From the sequence record SRR31156797_4838: DNA of 54,527 bases; one strand, given 5' to 3'. The first letter of the stretch is position 1; each line of letters opens with the position of its first letter. Shown here in pieces: positions 9,739-20,364 of the stretch. The translations under genes and the position numbers were made by a program. The notes beneath the pieces were generated by a model, which was not told the DNA's origin, ran no database searches, and was given only the letters and a program-made list of their open reading frames with translations.

Positions 9739-9777
9739 TCGTATACTCTTGAAAGGTGATGGGCTCCTACGATGCCA

Positions 9778-10758
9778 TCAATTCTTAACTTCTACTAATG
9801 CCTGCAATCCTTCAGGAAGTTTGCCTTTCATTTCTTCGGATGCAATTCGGGCCGGAATAAAAGGAGGTTGTCCCATTTCTTTGAGTACTGCCATACCACC
9901 ATTTGGTTCCAGTAGGTATTGGAGGAACATGTCTGCTGCTTTCGGGTTTTGTGCATTTTTTAGTAAGGTAATGCCGTAGGTGATGGATTTTCCTTTTCTC
10001 TCGATGGTGGTTCCGGGCTTTTTACCACTTACTTCAACGATAGCATTTTTGTAAAAATCGTTGTGACTGTAGTCGCTAAGGTTGATCTGGTTGTCCAGGG
10101 TTACATACTTTAGGTTATGCTGTACCGCTACAGAGAGGTATTCCCAGGCATAGTCCATATTGCCGGACTGCAGCAGGGAGATCAGTTCAACTGACTTAGG
10201 ACGGACCCACTGTTTTTTACGCTGTTGGAGCAGGGTGTTGTAGAATCCTTCTTTTTTGTAATATTTTTCAGCAAGCTGAATCACCATTAGGCTTCGGTAA
10301 CCGCATGGGTCGAGGTTGGGATCTGAGTGGCCCCAGGCCACATCTGATTTGGTAAGGATTTCAGGCCAGTTTTTGCTGTTGATTTCATCGGCATATTTAC
10401 TCTTGTCTGTATAACAGAGAACCATCTGGTTGGTAGCAAAGCGGATGTTGACATCTGCAAATTTCGGGATCAGGTTTTTGTCGATAACCACATAGTCTGC
10501 AGAAGCCATGATGTCAGCCGGTTTGCCCAATTCAGAAATCATGCGCGCCATTTTGGTGCTGCCCCCAAATTCACGAAGGACATCAATGTTTGGGTGCTGT
10601 GCTTCAAATTGTTTTTCAATTTTCTTGAATGGAACAGAAAGGCTGCCAGCATGAAAAATGATCAGTTTTTCTTTGTCTGCTGCAAGCGTCGGTTGGGCGA
10701 ATAAAAATGTTACAGCCAGTACCAGGCAGTAGTGAAAGAGGGTGTTTCGTTTTTGCAT
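9778..10758 (-). CDS. wtpA: Tungstate/molybdate-binding protein, WtpA type
   Basis: Signal peptide plus [29 protein letters not shown] and [10 protein letters not shown], which mark WtpA rather than ModA or TupA. Confidence 0.88.
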   Translation of the reverse strand: MQKRNTLFHYCLVLAVTFLFAQPTLAADKEKLIIFHAGSLSVPFKKIEKQFEAQHPNIDVLREFGGSTKMARMISELGKPADIMASADYVVIDKNLIPKFADVNIRFATNQMVLCYTDKSKYADEINSKNWPEILTKSDVAWGHSDPNLDPCGYRSLMVIQLAEKYYKKEGFYNTLLQQRKKQWVRPKSVELISLLQSGNMDYAWEYLSVAVQHNLKYVTLDNQINLSDYSHNDFYKNAIVEVSGKKPGTTIERKGKSITYGITLLKNAQNPKAADMFLQYLLEPNGGMAVLKEMGQPPFIPARIASEEMKGKLPEGLQALVEVKN

Positions 10759-11096
10759 AATGTACTCCCTTAAAATAAATATGGTGGATGGGTAATTTGT
10801 TGATCTGAGGCACGGTATAATTGAGGGAACTTATGGGTCAAGTAAAAAGAGTATATGCACATAAAAAACGAATAGGATTACCAGGGCGTACCATTACCAA
10901 CAATGGGTGAAGCGTAAAGGCATATGGAATTATTTAAACTAAAAGAGGCATTTTTCGGTATGGCAGCAACTATAGAAGGGATACTTCCTTATGAGTGAGG
11001 AGGTAAATTATTCCTGGCAAGCCTTTATTTAGCCATTCTTTCTTTCCTGTGATACAGTTCATGAACATATTTAATCTGCTAAGTGAGGGCTGATTC

Positions 11097-11540
11097 ATGA
11101 GATTGTTCTCGTCGTTGCTACTGACGATAGTGCTGTGTATTCTGAGTACCGCTGTTGTTGCCAAAACACCAACAGCAGGAATGGTTAAAACTGCATCGGG
11201 GGAGGTGACCATAAGTAATGAGCAGGGCAGGGTGAAAGCCGTACCTAATATGCGTTTTTCTGCAGGTGACAACATAAAAACCGGCAGTGGCAGTAGTGTC
11301 GGGTTAATACTTGAAGATGATACCGTCGTTTCATTGGGAGCAAATACTGAAATTACCATAGAACAGTTTTTGTTCAATCCGTTGGAAAAGGAACTCTCTT
11401 TGATTGCGAGATTGGTCCGAGGGACTTTTTCTCTTATTTCCGGACAGATTGCAAAGCTGGCACCAGAGAAAGTAAAGCTGAAGACACCCAATGCAACTTT
11501 GGGAGTCCGAGGTACAAAATTACTTGTTAAAGTCGATTAA
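11097..11540 (+). CDS. Secreted stand-alone FecR-domain protein
   Basis: Signal peptide, GDNIKTGSGSSVGLILEDDT...LGANT and TPNATLGVRGT motifs. Confidence 0.85.
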   Translation: MRLFSSLLLTIVLCILSTAVVAKTPTAGMVKTASGEVTISNEQGRVKAVPNMRFSAGDNIKTGSGSSVGLILEDDTVVSLGANTEITIEQFLFNPLEKELSLIARLVRGTFSLISGQIAKLAPEKVKLKTPNATLGVRGTKLLVKVD

Positions 11541-11568
11541 AAACTCACTCATCTCTGGGAAAAGGATC

Positions 11569-12186
11569 ATGACGCTACCTAATCAATGTAGAAATATTCT
11601 GATTGTTTCTTTGTTTCTTCTCACTGCAGCCGTTACCGGGTGCAGCAAGAAAACTACTGTGGTGCTCCTTCCTGACCCTGACGGAAAAGTCGGGAAAGTA
11701 GTTGTTACTACTCAAGCTGGTGTGGTTGAAATAAATCAGGAAAGAGAAGCGACAACTGTCAAAGGAGATAAAAAACTGCCTGCTGCGCCTACCATCATAT
11801 CAGAGGCGGCAGTGGAAAAAGAATTTGGCAAGGTTCTGGCTGTGTTGCCGCAGCCGCCGCAGCATTTTATTCTCTATTTTAAGATTGAATCAACCCAGCT
11901 GACCAGGAAATCAAAAAAGGTGATGCCGGATATTTTTGGGGTGGTTAAGGAAAAAGAGTCTAAGCATATCAGTGTAATCGGCCATGCAGACACTGCTGGT
12001 GATACTCAATACAACCTTCGTCTTTCCCAGCGGAGAGCAGCTGCTGTTAAAAAAATGCTGGTAGAGGGAGGGGTGTCATCCGAGTACATTACATCAGCCT
12101 CACATGGAGAGCACAATCCTTTGGTGAAAACCGCTGATAATGTTCCCGAGTCAAGAAACCGAAGGGTAGAGGTCGTTGTCAGGTAA
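11569..12186 (+). CDS. OmpA-family lipoprotein
   Basis: Lipobox VTGC and OmpA_C peptidoglycan-binding motifs GHADTAG, NLRLSQRRA, NRRVEV. Confidence 0.9.
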   Translation: MTLPNQCRNILIVSLFLLTAAVTGCSKKTTVVLLPDPDGKVGKVVVTTQAGVVEINQEREATTVKGDKKLPAAPTIISEAAVEKEFGKVLAVLPQPPQHFILYFKIESTQLTRKSKKVMPDIFGVVKEKESKHISVIGHADTAGDTQYNLRLSQRRAAAVKKMLVEGGVSSEYITSASHGEHNPLVKTADNVPESRNRRVEVVVR

Positions 12187-12200
12187 CTGTTTTTTTTGAG

Positions 12201-15146
12201 GTGTTTTTGAGCGACTTTTTGTTTATTCCAGATAAATGGGGCAATGGAGACTTGGCCTCCCCTGTTCTGTCGAAGTATAACAATATAAGGCTTCGGTGGC
12301 TGTTGGCTGGGTGTGGGGCACTGCTCACCTTGTTTCTGGTTGTTGGTTATCTTATTGCACCTCCTCTTGTTCAGTCCTTCGTTCTTAAGTCCACAGATAT
12401 TGTCCTGAGTAATGCCACGGTAGAGCAACAACCCGGAATTGATATTGTCACAGTTAGAATTGATGACCGTAGTCTGGAGCAATATGGTCAGTGGCCGTGG
12501 CCGCGATCATTAATCGGGCGTCTCTTAGCGCAAATCAAAAATAACGGAGCAGTTGTAATTGGTATCGATGTCATTTTTTCAGAGAAGGGCAATCGGCAAC
12601 CCATTTCTTCAGAAAAGAGACGGGGCCAATCAGTTGTTGATAATGACACTTATCTGGCAGGTATTTTAGGTAGTGGTCCATTTGTGCTGGGCAACGAATT
12701 TTATTTTACAGAAAATGGCCCTTCTGCAGAGACGTGTGCCCTGCACCCCCTTATTCTTTCCGCAAAGTATAGAGAGCACATTGTTGCTGCTGGTTCGTCA
12801 TTTTACAGTGCTGTGGGTGTTGTTTGTAATTATAAAGAACTGGCAGAGTCAGCTCCGGCATCGGGTTTTCTTAACGGCTCTTCCGATCTGGACGGTATCT
12901 TTCGCCGTATTCCTCTGCTAATTGAATATGAAGGCGCGTATTATCCCTCGTTGGTTCTTGCAGTTCTTCTACAGCTTTACCCTGAAAAAATACTTGGCTT
13001 AGACAGGGATGAGGCAGGCTTTTTCCAACTTATTAGAGGTGAGGTGCGTATTCCCATTGATGAGCAGGGAAATTATTTACTCGGACCAAAACTAAGCGGT
13101 GCGGGCTTGGATTATTCCGCAGCAGATGTACTGGAGGGCAGGGTCACCGGGGAACAGCTAAATGGAAAGATTGTGCTGGTGGGTACGACAGCTGCAGGTT
13201 TGTCTCATGTCTTTACTACACCCTCGGCAACCTATCACAGTTCCCTTGATGTCCAGCGAGGTTTCCTTGCATCACTGCTTTCTGATCGTCACACACTGCG
13301 TAATTTTACATTTGCTGGGTATGAGGCTGCTGTTACGATCTTACTGTCCGTGATTATTGTACTGTGTATGCTGTTTCTTCCCATTTCCCTGGCTGCCTGT
13401 ATCTGCGTGGCCATTGCAGGGGGCAGTTGGTTTGTTGCCGGATGGGTGTATAACGATACTGGCCTGCTATTTTCTCCTTTATTACCTTCATTAGCTGCTT
13501 TGCTTCATGGTGGGCTACTCATTACTCTCAGGTCTCGACATGACCGTGGTAGGGCAAATGTTGAACGAGACTCCTCATTGGTTCTCTTGACCAAGAGGGA
13601 AAAGGAGCTGAAGTCCATTTTGGAAACCGTTCCTGATATCATTTTTCGCCTTGATACCAATGGTAAATTAATTTTTCTCAGCCCAGCCATTGCTGCCTAT
13701 GCCAAAAATCCAGACACGCTCCTCGGCCATTCTATTTTTGAATTGGTTGTGCCGGAAGATATAGATAAGGCGCTGTACAGGTTAAATGAGCGGCGAACTG
13801 GTACCAGAGCTACCCAGGATATGGAAATTCGTCTAACGCTTACGATCTCTGATGATAAGGGGCAGGAGCAGTGGCGATATTTCAGTGTCTCGGCATCTGG
13901 AATATATGAAGATGGTATTGCTGCACGCAAAGGATTCCTGGGTACTCAGGGCATTGTTAGAGATATTACCGAGCGCAAACGATTGGAGTTGCAACTGATA
14001 GAAGCCCAGAAAATGGAAGCCGTCGGTAATTTGGCATCTGGAGTAGCCCATGATTTGAATAATATACTGGGTGGTCTCGTAAGTTACCCTGATTTATTGC
14101 TTATGGAGATCCCCCAAAATGACCCCATGTATAAACAGATTGAGTTGATTCAGCGATCTGGGAAAAGAGCTGCTGCCATGGTACAGGATCTGCTAACCCT
14201 TGCCCGGAGAAATGTGATGGTGAGCGAGGTGATCTGCATGAATGATATTATTGTAGAATACCTTGGATCAGCAGAGTTCAGGCAGGTACAGGCAGCACAT
14301 CCAAATGTACATCTTTCAACCGACCTACAGGAGGGATTGATGTATCTCAGCGGTTCTTCTGTACACCTTTCCAAGGTTGTGATGAATATTCTCCACAATG
14401 GCTTGGAGGCCATGCCTGATGGCGGTACCATGCATATTTCAACTAAGAACACCTATGTGGACTCATATTATGAGGGATATGAACGTATACCAGAAGGGGA
14501 ATATACCTGTACTTTATTTTCAGATACAGGGACAGGTATTGCTGCAACTGATATCAAACGTATTTTTGAGCCTTTCTATACCAAGAAGTTGATGGCGATG
14601 AGTGGCACCGGGTTGGGCATGACGGTAATTTGGGCGACGATAAAAGACCATAACGGTTTTCTCGATATTCGGAGTGAGGAAGGCAAGGGAACCAGCATTG
14701 AGCTCTACCTGCCAACAACCAGAAAGCAACCCGCCAGGCAGCAGGAAAAATTGGTTTTAGACAATTACCATGGCACGGAAACAATCCTTATTGTTGATGA
14801 TGTTGCCGAGCAGCGTGATATCGCAGGCAATATGCTTGAAAAACTGGGGTATAATGTGCTGAAGGCATCATGTGGCGAGAAGGGGCTGGAGGTTTTTGCC
14901 GAACATCTCGTTGACCTGGTTATTCTTGATATGATTATGCCTGGCGGAATGGACGGGCTTTCCACTTACCAGCGCATCACCAAGCTGAGGCCGCAGCAAA
15001 AGGCGATTGTGGTCAGCGGTTTTTCCAAGTCAAGCCGGGTGGAAAAACTCAAAGAACTAGGAGTGCTCAGCTACCTGCAGAAACCGTATACCATGGAAAA
15101 AATGGCTGTGGCAGTACGGCGGGAGTTGGATCGGTTAGAGGGATAA
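12201..15146 (+). CDS. CHASE2-PAS hybrid sensor histidine kinase (start uncertain)
   Basis: CHASE2 (IDDRSLEQYGQWPWPRS, DLDGIFRRIPL, GKIVLVGTTA), TM helices, PAS, H-box VAHDLNN, GTGLG and a C-terminal REC domain (ILDMIMP). Confidence 0.92.
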   Translation: MFLSDFLFIPDKWGNGDLASPVLSKYNNIRLRWLLAGCGALLTLFLVVGYLIAPPLVQSFVLKSTDIVLSNATVEQQPGIDIVTVRIDDRSLEQYGQWPWPRSLIGRLLAQIKNNGAVVIGIDVIFSEKGNRQPISSEKRRGQSVVDNDTYLAGILGSGPFVLGNEFYFTENGPSAETCALHPLILSAKYREHIVAAGSSFYSAVGVVCNYKELAESAPASGFLNGSSDLDGIFRRIPLLIEYEGAYYPSLVLAVLLQLYPEKILGLDRDEAGFFQLIRGEVRIPIDEQGNYLLGPKLSGAGLDYSAADVLEGRVTGEQLNGKIVLVGTTAAGLSHVFTTPSATYHSSLDVQRGFLASLLSDRHTLRNFTFAGYEAAVTILLSVIIVLCMLFLPISLAACICVAIAGGSWFVAGWVYNDTGLLFSPLLPSLAALLHGGLLITLRSRHDRGRANVERDSSLVLLTKREKELKSILETVPDIIFRLDTNGKLIFLSPAIAAYAKNPDTLLGHSIFELVVPEDIDKALYRLNERRTGTRATQDMEIRLTLTISDDKGQEQWRYFSVSASGIYEDGIAARKGFLGTQGIVRDITERKRLELQLIEAQKMEAVGNLASGVAHDLNNILGGLVSYPDLLLMEIPQNDPMYKQIELIQRSGKRAAAMVQDLLTLARRNVMVSEVICMNDIIVEYLGSAEFRQVQAAHPNVHLSTDLQEGLMYLSGSSVHLSKVVMNILHNGLEAMPDGGTMHISTKNTYVDSYYEGYERIPEGEYTCTLFSDTGTGIAATDIKRIFEPFYTKKLMAMSGTGLGMTVIWATIKDHNGFLDIRSEEGKGTSIELYLPTTRKQPARQQEKLVLDNYHGTETILIVDDVAEQRDIAGNMLEKLGYNVLKASCGEKGLEVFAEHLVDLVILDMIMPGGMDGLSTYQRITKLRPQQKAIVVSGFSKSSRVEKLKELGVLSYLQKPYTMEKMAVAVRRELDRLEG

Positions 15147-15307
15147 GATTGGTGTCCAGCTAATGGTTTGGACAAGTAATCCGGCCTTCGGAGAACGGGA
15201 ACTGTTGTGCTGCTTTAGAACATATGATCTGGAGGAGTAGTCTCGCTCCATGAGGAGAGGGGACATGGTCAGCCGAGGCTGTTGGCCGGGACTGGCCATG
15301 CGGTCTT

Positions 15308-15496
15308 TCAGTCGTTAGTGATGCATCCTGCTGGACATGAAGCAATAGCTTCGTCAATACAGTCTGCTGCTGCATCCGAATCTTCAATTATGAATGCCTT
15401 GGTTTCGTCGTCATCAAAACCGAAAACTGCGGGACAGACTTCAACACATGCTTCACACCCAATGCATTCTTCCTGATCGAGCTGTAATTCTGCCAT
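15308..15496 (-). CDS. Ferredoxin, single 4Fe-4S type
   Basis: CIGCEAC...CP and C-terminal CPAGCI in an acidic 62-aa protein with a GGAGG SD. Confidence 0.93.
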   Translation of the reverse strand: MAELQLDQEECIGCEACVEVCPAVFGFDDDETKAFIIEDSDAAADCIDEAIASCPAGCITND

Positions 15497-15871
15497 GGGT
15501 AATACCTCCAGTAAAGTTTAATGAGTTCCATCCGACACATGTTGGATGGTGAGAATTTTATTAACTCGATAAACGTATACATCAACCTTTATTCAAATGC
15601 CATCTGTCTTTTATTTTGGCCGCTTCGGAATGAAAGACTATGGCCATTGTGCATAAAAATATTTTGAAATTTTTCCACGGCTGATTTTTTATTAACGGCA
15701 AACATTGGAGAATGAACCTTAAAATGTATTCTCTCTAGGTTGCATGTGAGAAGGATTGATTTTACGCCTTGACTGTTGTGCTGTGGATGGGTGGAATTTG
15801 CAAGCGAGCTGTCTTAAGGTAACTAAAGTGCAAGGTTGAGGACAGAGAGATGCAGAGTAAGGGGAGGAGAG

Positions 15872-16624
15872 ATGATACTCGAAGCCATAGGTCGGAAATT
15901 GGCCAGTTATCTTGCAAGGCCACGGCCAGGGACGACCCAGGTTGCAACGAACTCGCCGCAGGAGCTGCAGCAGAGCCTGCATCCGGGTGATGTCCTATTG
16001 GTGGAAGGGAACAGTACTTTCAGTACGGCTGTAAAGTACCTCACCCAGTCAAGCTGGTCTCATGCGGCTCTTTTTGTGGGTAACGTCTTGGCACCTGTTG
16101 AAAATGGTTGTGAACAGCCCGTGCTGGTTGAAGCTGATGTTGCTGAAGGGGTTCGGGCCGTGGAGCTCTCTGTGCATGCATCTTTTCACACCCGTATTTG
16201 TAGGCCTGTTGGTTTGCGGCCAGATGAAATTGATAGGGTTATTGCGTATGTGGTTCAGCGGTTGGGGCACAATTATGATCTGAGGAATATTGTCGACCTG
16301 GCCAGGTATTTTTTACCGACTCCACCTGTGCCGTCTCGATGGAGAAGGCGGTTGCTGGCCTTAGGCAGCGGTGACCCGACTCTTGCAATTTGTTCTTCCC
16401 TTATCGCGCAGGCATTCCAGTCTGTCAGGTATCCAATTCTTCCAGAGACTGTTGTTCAACAGTCAGAAGACCCTTCGTGTAAAAAATGTCATAAAGAGAT
16501 GCTGCATATTCGACATCATAGCTTGTTCACGCCAAGGGATTTTGATGTGTCCCCCTATTTTCAGATTATCAAGCCAACCCTTGAGCATGGGTTTGATCCC
16601 CATGCCTGCCCATGGGTTGATTAG
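15872..16624 (+). CDS. YiiX/YebB-like permuted NlpC/P60 cysteine hydrolase
   Basis: PGDVLLVEG, SWSHAAL (His), GHNYD and ICSSLIAQAF (Cys) in permuted order. GGAGGA SD. Confidence 0.85.
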   Translation: MILEAIGRKLASYLARPRPGTTQVATNSPQELQQSLHPGDVLLVEGNSTFSTAVKYLTQSSWSHAALFVGNVLAPVENGCEQPVLVEADVAEGVRAVELSVHASFHTRICRPVGLRPDEIDRVIAYVVQRLGHNYDLRNIVDLARYFLPTPPVPSRWRRRLLALGSGDPTLAICSSLIAQAFQSVRYPILPETVVQQSEDPSCKKCHKEMLHIRHHSLFTPRDFDVSPYFQIIKPTLEHGFDPHACPWVD

Positions 16625-16627
16625 TAT

Positions 16628-17393
16628 TCAATGACCGCGGCCCAGCATCTCGGCCGCATTCATGACAATCATAAAGGCATCCGGGTCGTTTCGATGGATG
16701 ATATCCCTTAATGTGGTAATTCTGCTTGATTCAACTACCACGAAAATCATCGTTTTCTCTTGATTTTGCTGCAGGCCTTTTCCTGAGAGAATTCCAGTAA
16801 GCACCATATCAATGCAGCGGGCGGTGACGTAAATACTGATCAGCGACCAAAGAGATTGTTCCAATCCGCTGAATACAAGTGCTGAGGCAATAATAATCAA
16901 GGCATCAAGGGCCAGTATTGTATGGCCTGGTTTGATGTTGTATTTAGCTGCAAGCACTCTGGCTAAAATGGTTGAACCGCCTGCTGAGCTGTTTCCACGG
17001 AGCACAAGACCTACACCAAGATCCACCGAAGAGTGTTGCCAGCAGTAAGTCCTGGCTTATTGGCTGAAGCTGGAGAACAAGTTTAAGTAGATCGACGAAG
17101 GCGGAAACAAGGAAGATGGCGATGATGGTTCGAATGCCAAAGGATTTACCAATGTACTTAATGCCGATGAGCAGCAGGGGGACATTGATAAGCAGCATTA
17201 ATGTTCCTAGAGAAAAAGAAGGGAGAAGGTGGTTAAGAAGGATCGCCAGGCCAGGTGTTTCTCCTGTAGCAATATTGTTGGGAGCGAGGAAAAGAACAAC
17301 GCCCAGAGCTATCAGTAGTGAACCGGTAACCATGGAGACAAGGTTGACCAGTTCCTTTGGAATGGAAAGGTTGGAAAAAGTGTTTGTGCTCAT
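16628..17393 (-). pseudogene. YitT family membrane protein, frameshifted and apparently internally deleted
   Basis: N-part (FLAPNNIATG...LINVPLL...LLATLFGG) and C-part (LGVGLVLRGNSSAGGS...DPDAFMIV...GRG) lie in different frames, joining near 17020. The segment usually found between VLTG and GKGL appears to be missing. Confidence 0.8.
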
Positions 17394-17440
17394 ACAATAC
17401 TGATTACTGGTTGCTTATGCATAGGGTTGTTGAGTACCAC
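17390..17440 (-). CDS. 16-codon leader or remnant ORF coupled to yitT
   Basis: GAGG-tttttt-GTG start, peptide MVLNNPMHKQPVISIV, with TGA overlapping the yitT ATG (ATGA). Confidence 0.4.
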   Translation of the reverse strand: MVLNNPMHKQPVISIV

Positions 17441-17446
17441 AAAAAA

Positions 17447-17590
17447 CCTCTTTATCATTTGAAAGGATGTTATGAAAACATGCTTTAACACGGCTCGAGG
17501 AGTTTAGCTCCCCATGTGGGGGAAGCTCAAGGTAGATATGGACAATCATTTCAAGAGTTACGGTTCAATCCCTTTGAGGCCAAGCATGGC
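17447..17590 (-). ncRNA. Candidate SAM-II (long-loop type) riboswitch
   Basis: Minus strand reads CATGCTTGGCCTCAAAGGGATTGAACCGTAACTCTTG...CGAGCCGTGTTAAAGCATG...TAAAGAGG, in the recalled SAM-II motif order. CATGCTT/AAGCATG and GGC/GCC can pair, and the element ends at an SD. Confidence 0.45.
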
Positions 17591-17863
17591 TCTTTTCTCT
17601 TTGTCTGATGGTAATTGCGTTGTCAGGCTGCGCAGCGGGACCATGGATATGTAATGGCGTTTAAGCTGGGTAAACGTTAGCCGGTTTTTGTATTGTACTA
17701 TTAGCCAAAAGTCAAGATGGTGTTAATTTGTGTTTTTGAGGGGGCGGTTCTTACTTGCGGCAAAAGAGGCTTGGATTTTAGTTGTAATGTGAATAAAGTA
17801 AGGTGATATTGTTTTTATTCTTAATAAAATTAAATCTACCTGGTGTCAGCTGGTGCGGGAATT

Positions 17864-18334
17864 ATGGCTTTTGATAAAATAGATATTCATATTTTGAATA
17901 TATTGCAGCAAGACGGACGGATCACCAATACAAAATTGGCAAAGGAAATTGGCATTTCCCCTCCTGCAATGCTGGAAAGGGTTAGGCGGTTGGAATCATC
18001 CGGGGTGATAGAAAGGTATGCTGCCATTCTTGATCGTGAAAAAGCAGGATTTGGCCTGCTTGCCATCATTATTGTCAGCTTGAGTCTGCACCAGATTTCT
18101 TCGTTGCAGGTAGTGAAGGAACGGCTGACTGAACTGGAGGAAGTGCTGGAGTGCTTACAGTTGACAGGGGACGTGGATTTTTTGCTGAAAGTCGCCATCA
18201 AGGATATGAATACCTATACGGCGTTCATTAATAACAAACTTTCCGGTATTCCTGGAATTCAAAACATCAAAACCTCCTTTGTGCTCGAAACCCTGAAAGC
18301 GGAAACCATGCTTCAGATGCATTTGGACACTTAG
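17864..18334 (+). CDS. Lrp/AsnC family transcriptional regulator
   Basis: FDKIDIHILNILQQDGRITNTKLAKEIGISPPAMLERVRRLE and TGDVDFLLKV motifs. Confidence 0.93.
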   Translation: MAFDKIDIHILNILQQDGRITNTKLAKEIGISPPAMLERVRRLESSGVIERYAAILDREKAGFGLLAIIIVSLSLHQISSLQVVKERLTELEEVLECLQLTGDVDFLLKVAIKDMNTYTAFINNKLSGIPGIQNIKTSFVLETLKAETMLQMHLDT

Positions 18335-18540
18335 AAAGTGGTGGCGAACCACTACTGTGTTCTTTGCGATAAAAAAAGAACTACAGCTTTCTAACTGTAG
18401 TAACTCAGGTTTGTTTTGAAAGGATGAACAAACACGTCTCGATACAACCTTGCAGTCCATAGAAGTGGTCCCATTCGCTTGAACAGTTCCCTGCCTGTTT
18501 TCTGCTGCGATCTCAGCAGAAGGAAGCAACGTTCCACAAA

Positions 18541-20307
18541 GATATAGTCTCTCCACCCTCCACGACTACAATTGGTGGGATGACTATCCCGGTCATGAAA
18601 AAGGGAACAGTAGCTGTTTATTCCGACACCAACCTTGTCGATAATATAACCAAAGAAAACGGTGCTAAAGCAACAATATTCGAGCTGGTGGACAATCAAC
18701 TTCTGCGCATCTCAACATCTGTTATTAAACAAAATGGCAGCCGAGCTACTGGTACGTCTATCGCCTCTGACAGTCCTGTTTATAAAACAGTTATGAGAGG
18801 AGAAACCTTTTTTGGAAAGGCATACGTTGTTGATGACTGGTATGTAACGGCATACGCCCCTCTTCATGATGCGAGCCAAAAGATAATAGGAGCCATATTC
18901 GTAGGCTCGGTAATGTTAAATGATTCAATACGCGACCTCGTGAGCGGCACCAAAATGGGAGCAGGCTATTTCTATGCTTATGCAGAGACCGGGGAGTATC
19001 TAATACATCCGACCCATGGTCCCGATCAAAACGTATTTGATAAAGTTCCTTCTTTTAAAACACATAAGGGAGGCTTTATTAAATACACATCATCTGCTGG
19101 GCAAGATAAAGTCGCCATTCTTGAATTTTTTAAACCATGGGGAATCTGGTTGGGAATCGGAATGAGCAGAGAGGCAATGATTAATGGTGTTGATAAGCGA
19201 TTAAGAAATGAAGCGATTCTTGTCGGCGGCATAGCATTTCTGGTCGGAGCCCTTTTGAACTTAGGCCTTGTTCGACTCATTAACGGTCGTGTCAAATCCA
19301 TTGCCGATGTTGCGGCCAAAGTTGGTGAAGGCGATTATCGGGTTTCTTTTGATGTTCGGTCAAAAGACGCCCTTGGCTCCCTGTCCAACTCATTGAACAA
19401 TATGGTCTCCAGCTCGAATGAAATGCTTACCCAAATCAATGAATCATCTGAGGCACTTGCCGCTTCAGCGACAGAACTTGCCGCGATCTCAGAGCAGCTC
19501 GTCAGTAATGCTGACCAAACAACCGAAGTCGCAGATCAATCCGCGAATCACGCTAATCAGGTTTCAGCCAATATGGGTTCAATCGCTGCAGCTTCTGAAG
19601 AATCTGCAACCAATCTGAACATGATAGCATCTGCAACGGAAGAAATGGGGGCAACGATTAAAGAAATTGCAGAAAATAGTGCCAGGGCAAGTGGCACAAC
19701 ACTCGAGGCCGTCGATTCATCGAAACGTTCCCAGGAGGTTGTAATCTCACTTGGAAAAGCCGCAGAGTCTATAGGTAAAGTAACTGAAACTATAACAGAC
19801 ATTTCAGAGCAGACTAACCTGCTGGCCCTTAACGCGACTATTGAAGCCGCAAGAGCCGGTGAGGCTGGAAAAGGATTTGCCGTGGTAGCAAACGAAATCA
19901 AGGAACTGGCAAAACAAACTGCAGATGCGACAGGAGACATCAGGGATGCCATTGTAGACATTTAGCAACAAACATCTAGTACTATTGTCGACATAAATGA
20001 TATTTCCAGTGTTATAATAGATGTTAACGAAATCGTTCAGGGCATTGTTTCAGCTGTAGAAGAGCAATCCATCACGACAAATGAAATTGTTGAAAACGTG
20101 AATCAGGCTTCTCTCGGTATCACAGAGGTAAATGAAAATATTGCGAACAGCAGTACGATGACCAACGAAGTTTCGGAAGGGGTTCATCAAGTAAAAGACA
20201 GGTCTGTTGATGTAAAAGAGTCAAGCGGGCATGTTCAGACAGCAGCGGATGAACTTTCTAACCTGGCAGAAAACCTTTCAGCTCTTGTCTCAAAATTTAA
20301 GGTTTAA
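18541..20307 (+). pseudogene. Methyl-accepting chemotaxis protein (Cache-HAMP-MA), 5' truncated, internal amber stop
   Basis: Cache region, one TM, HAMP and [27 protein letters not shown]. In-frame TAG at 19963-19965, after which the same frame continues as MCP to TAA 20307. No N-terminal TM1 upstream (in-frame stop at 18460). Confidence 0.85.
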
Positions 20308-20318
20308 ATTAATCTCTG

Positions 20319-20364
20319 CTCCCACCGTATTACATATTTCCAAGTAATGCGGTGGTGAGTTTTA
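20319..20364 (+). terminator. Rho-independent terminator after the MCP gene
   Basis: CACCGTATTAC...GTAATGCGGTG stem followed by TTTT. Confidence 0.6.

Noticed and set aside
10845-10875. ModE-like box upstream of wtpA
   Set aside because: Only a partial, asymmetric match in AT-rich DNA.
18155-18556. Minus-strand 133-aa ORF overlapping lrp
   Set aside because: Overlaps a confident gene antisense and matches no family I recognise; probably junction DNA of the MCP truncation.
19963-19965. In-frame TAG in the MCP as a pyrrolysine or read-through codon
   Set aside because: The position corresponds to the usual IQ of MCPs (CAG to TAG is one transition), the gene also lacks its N-terminus, and no pyl genes are in the window.
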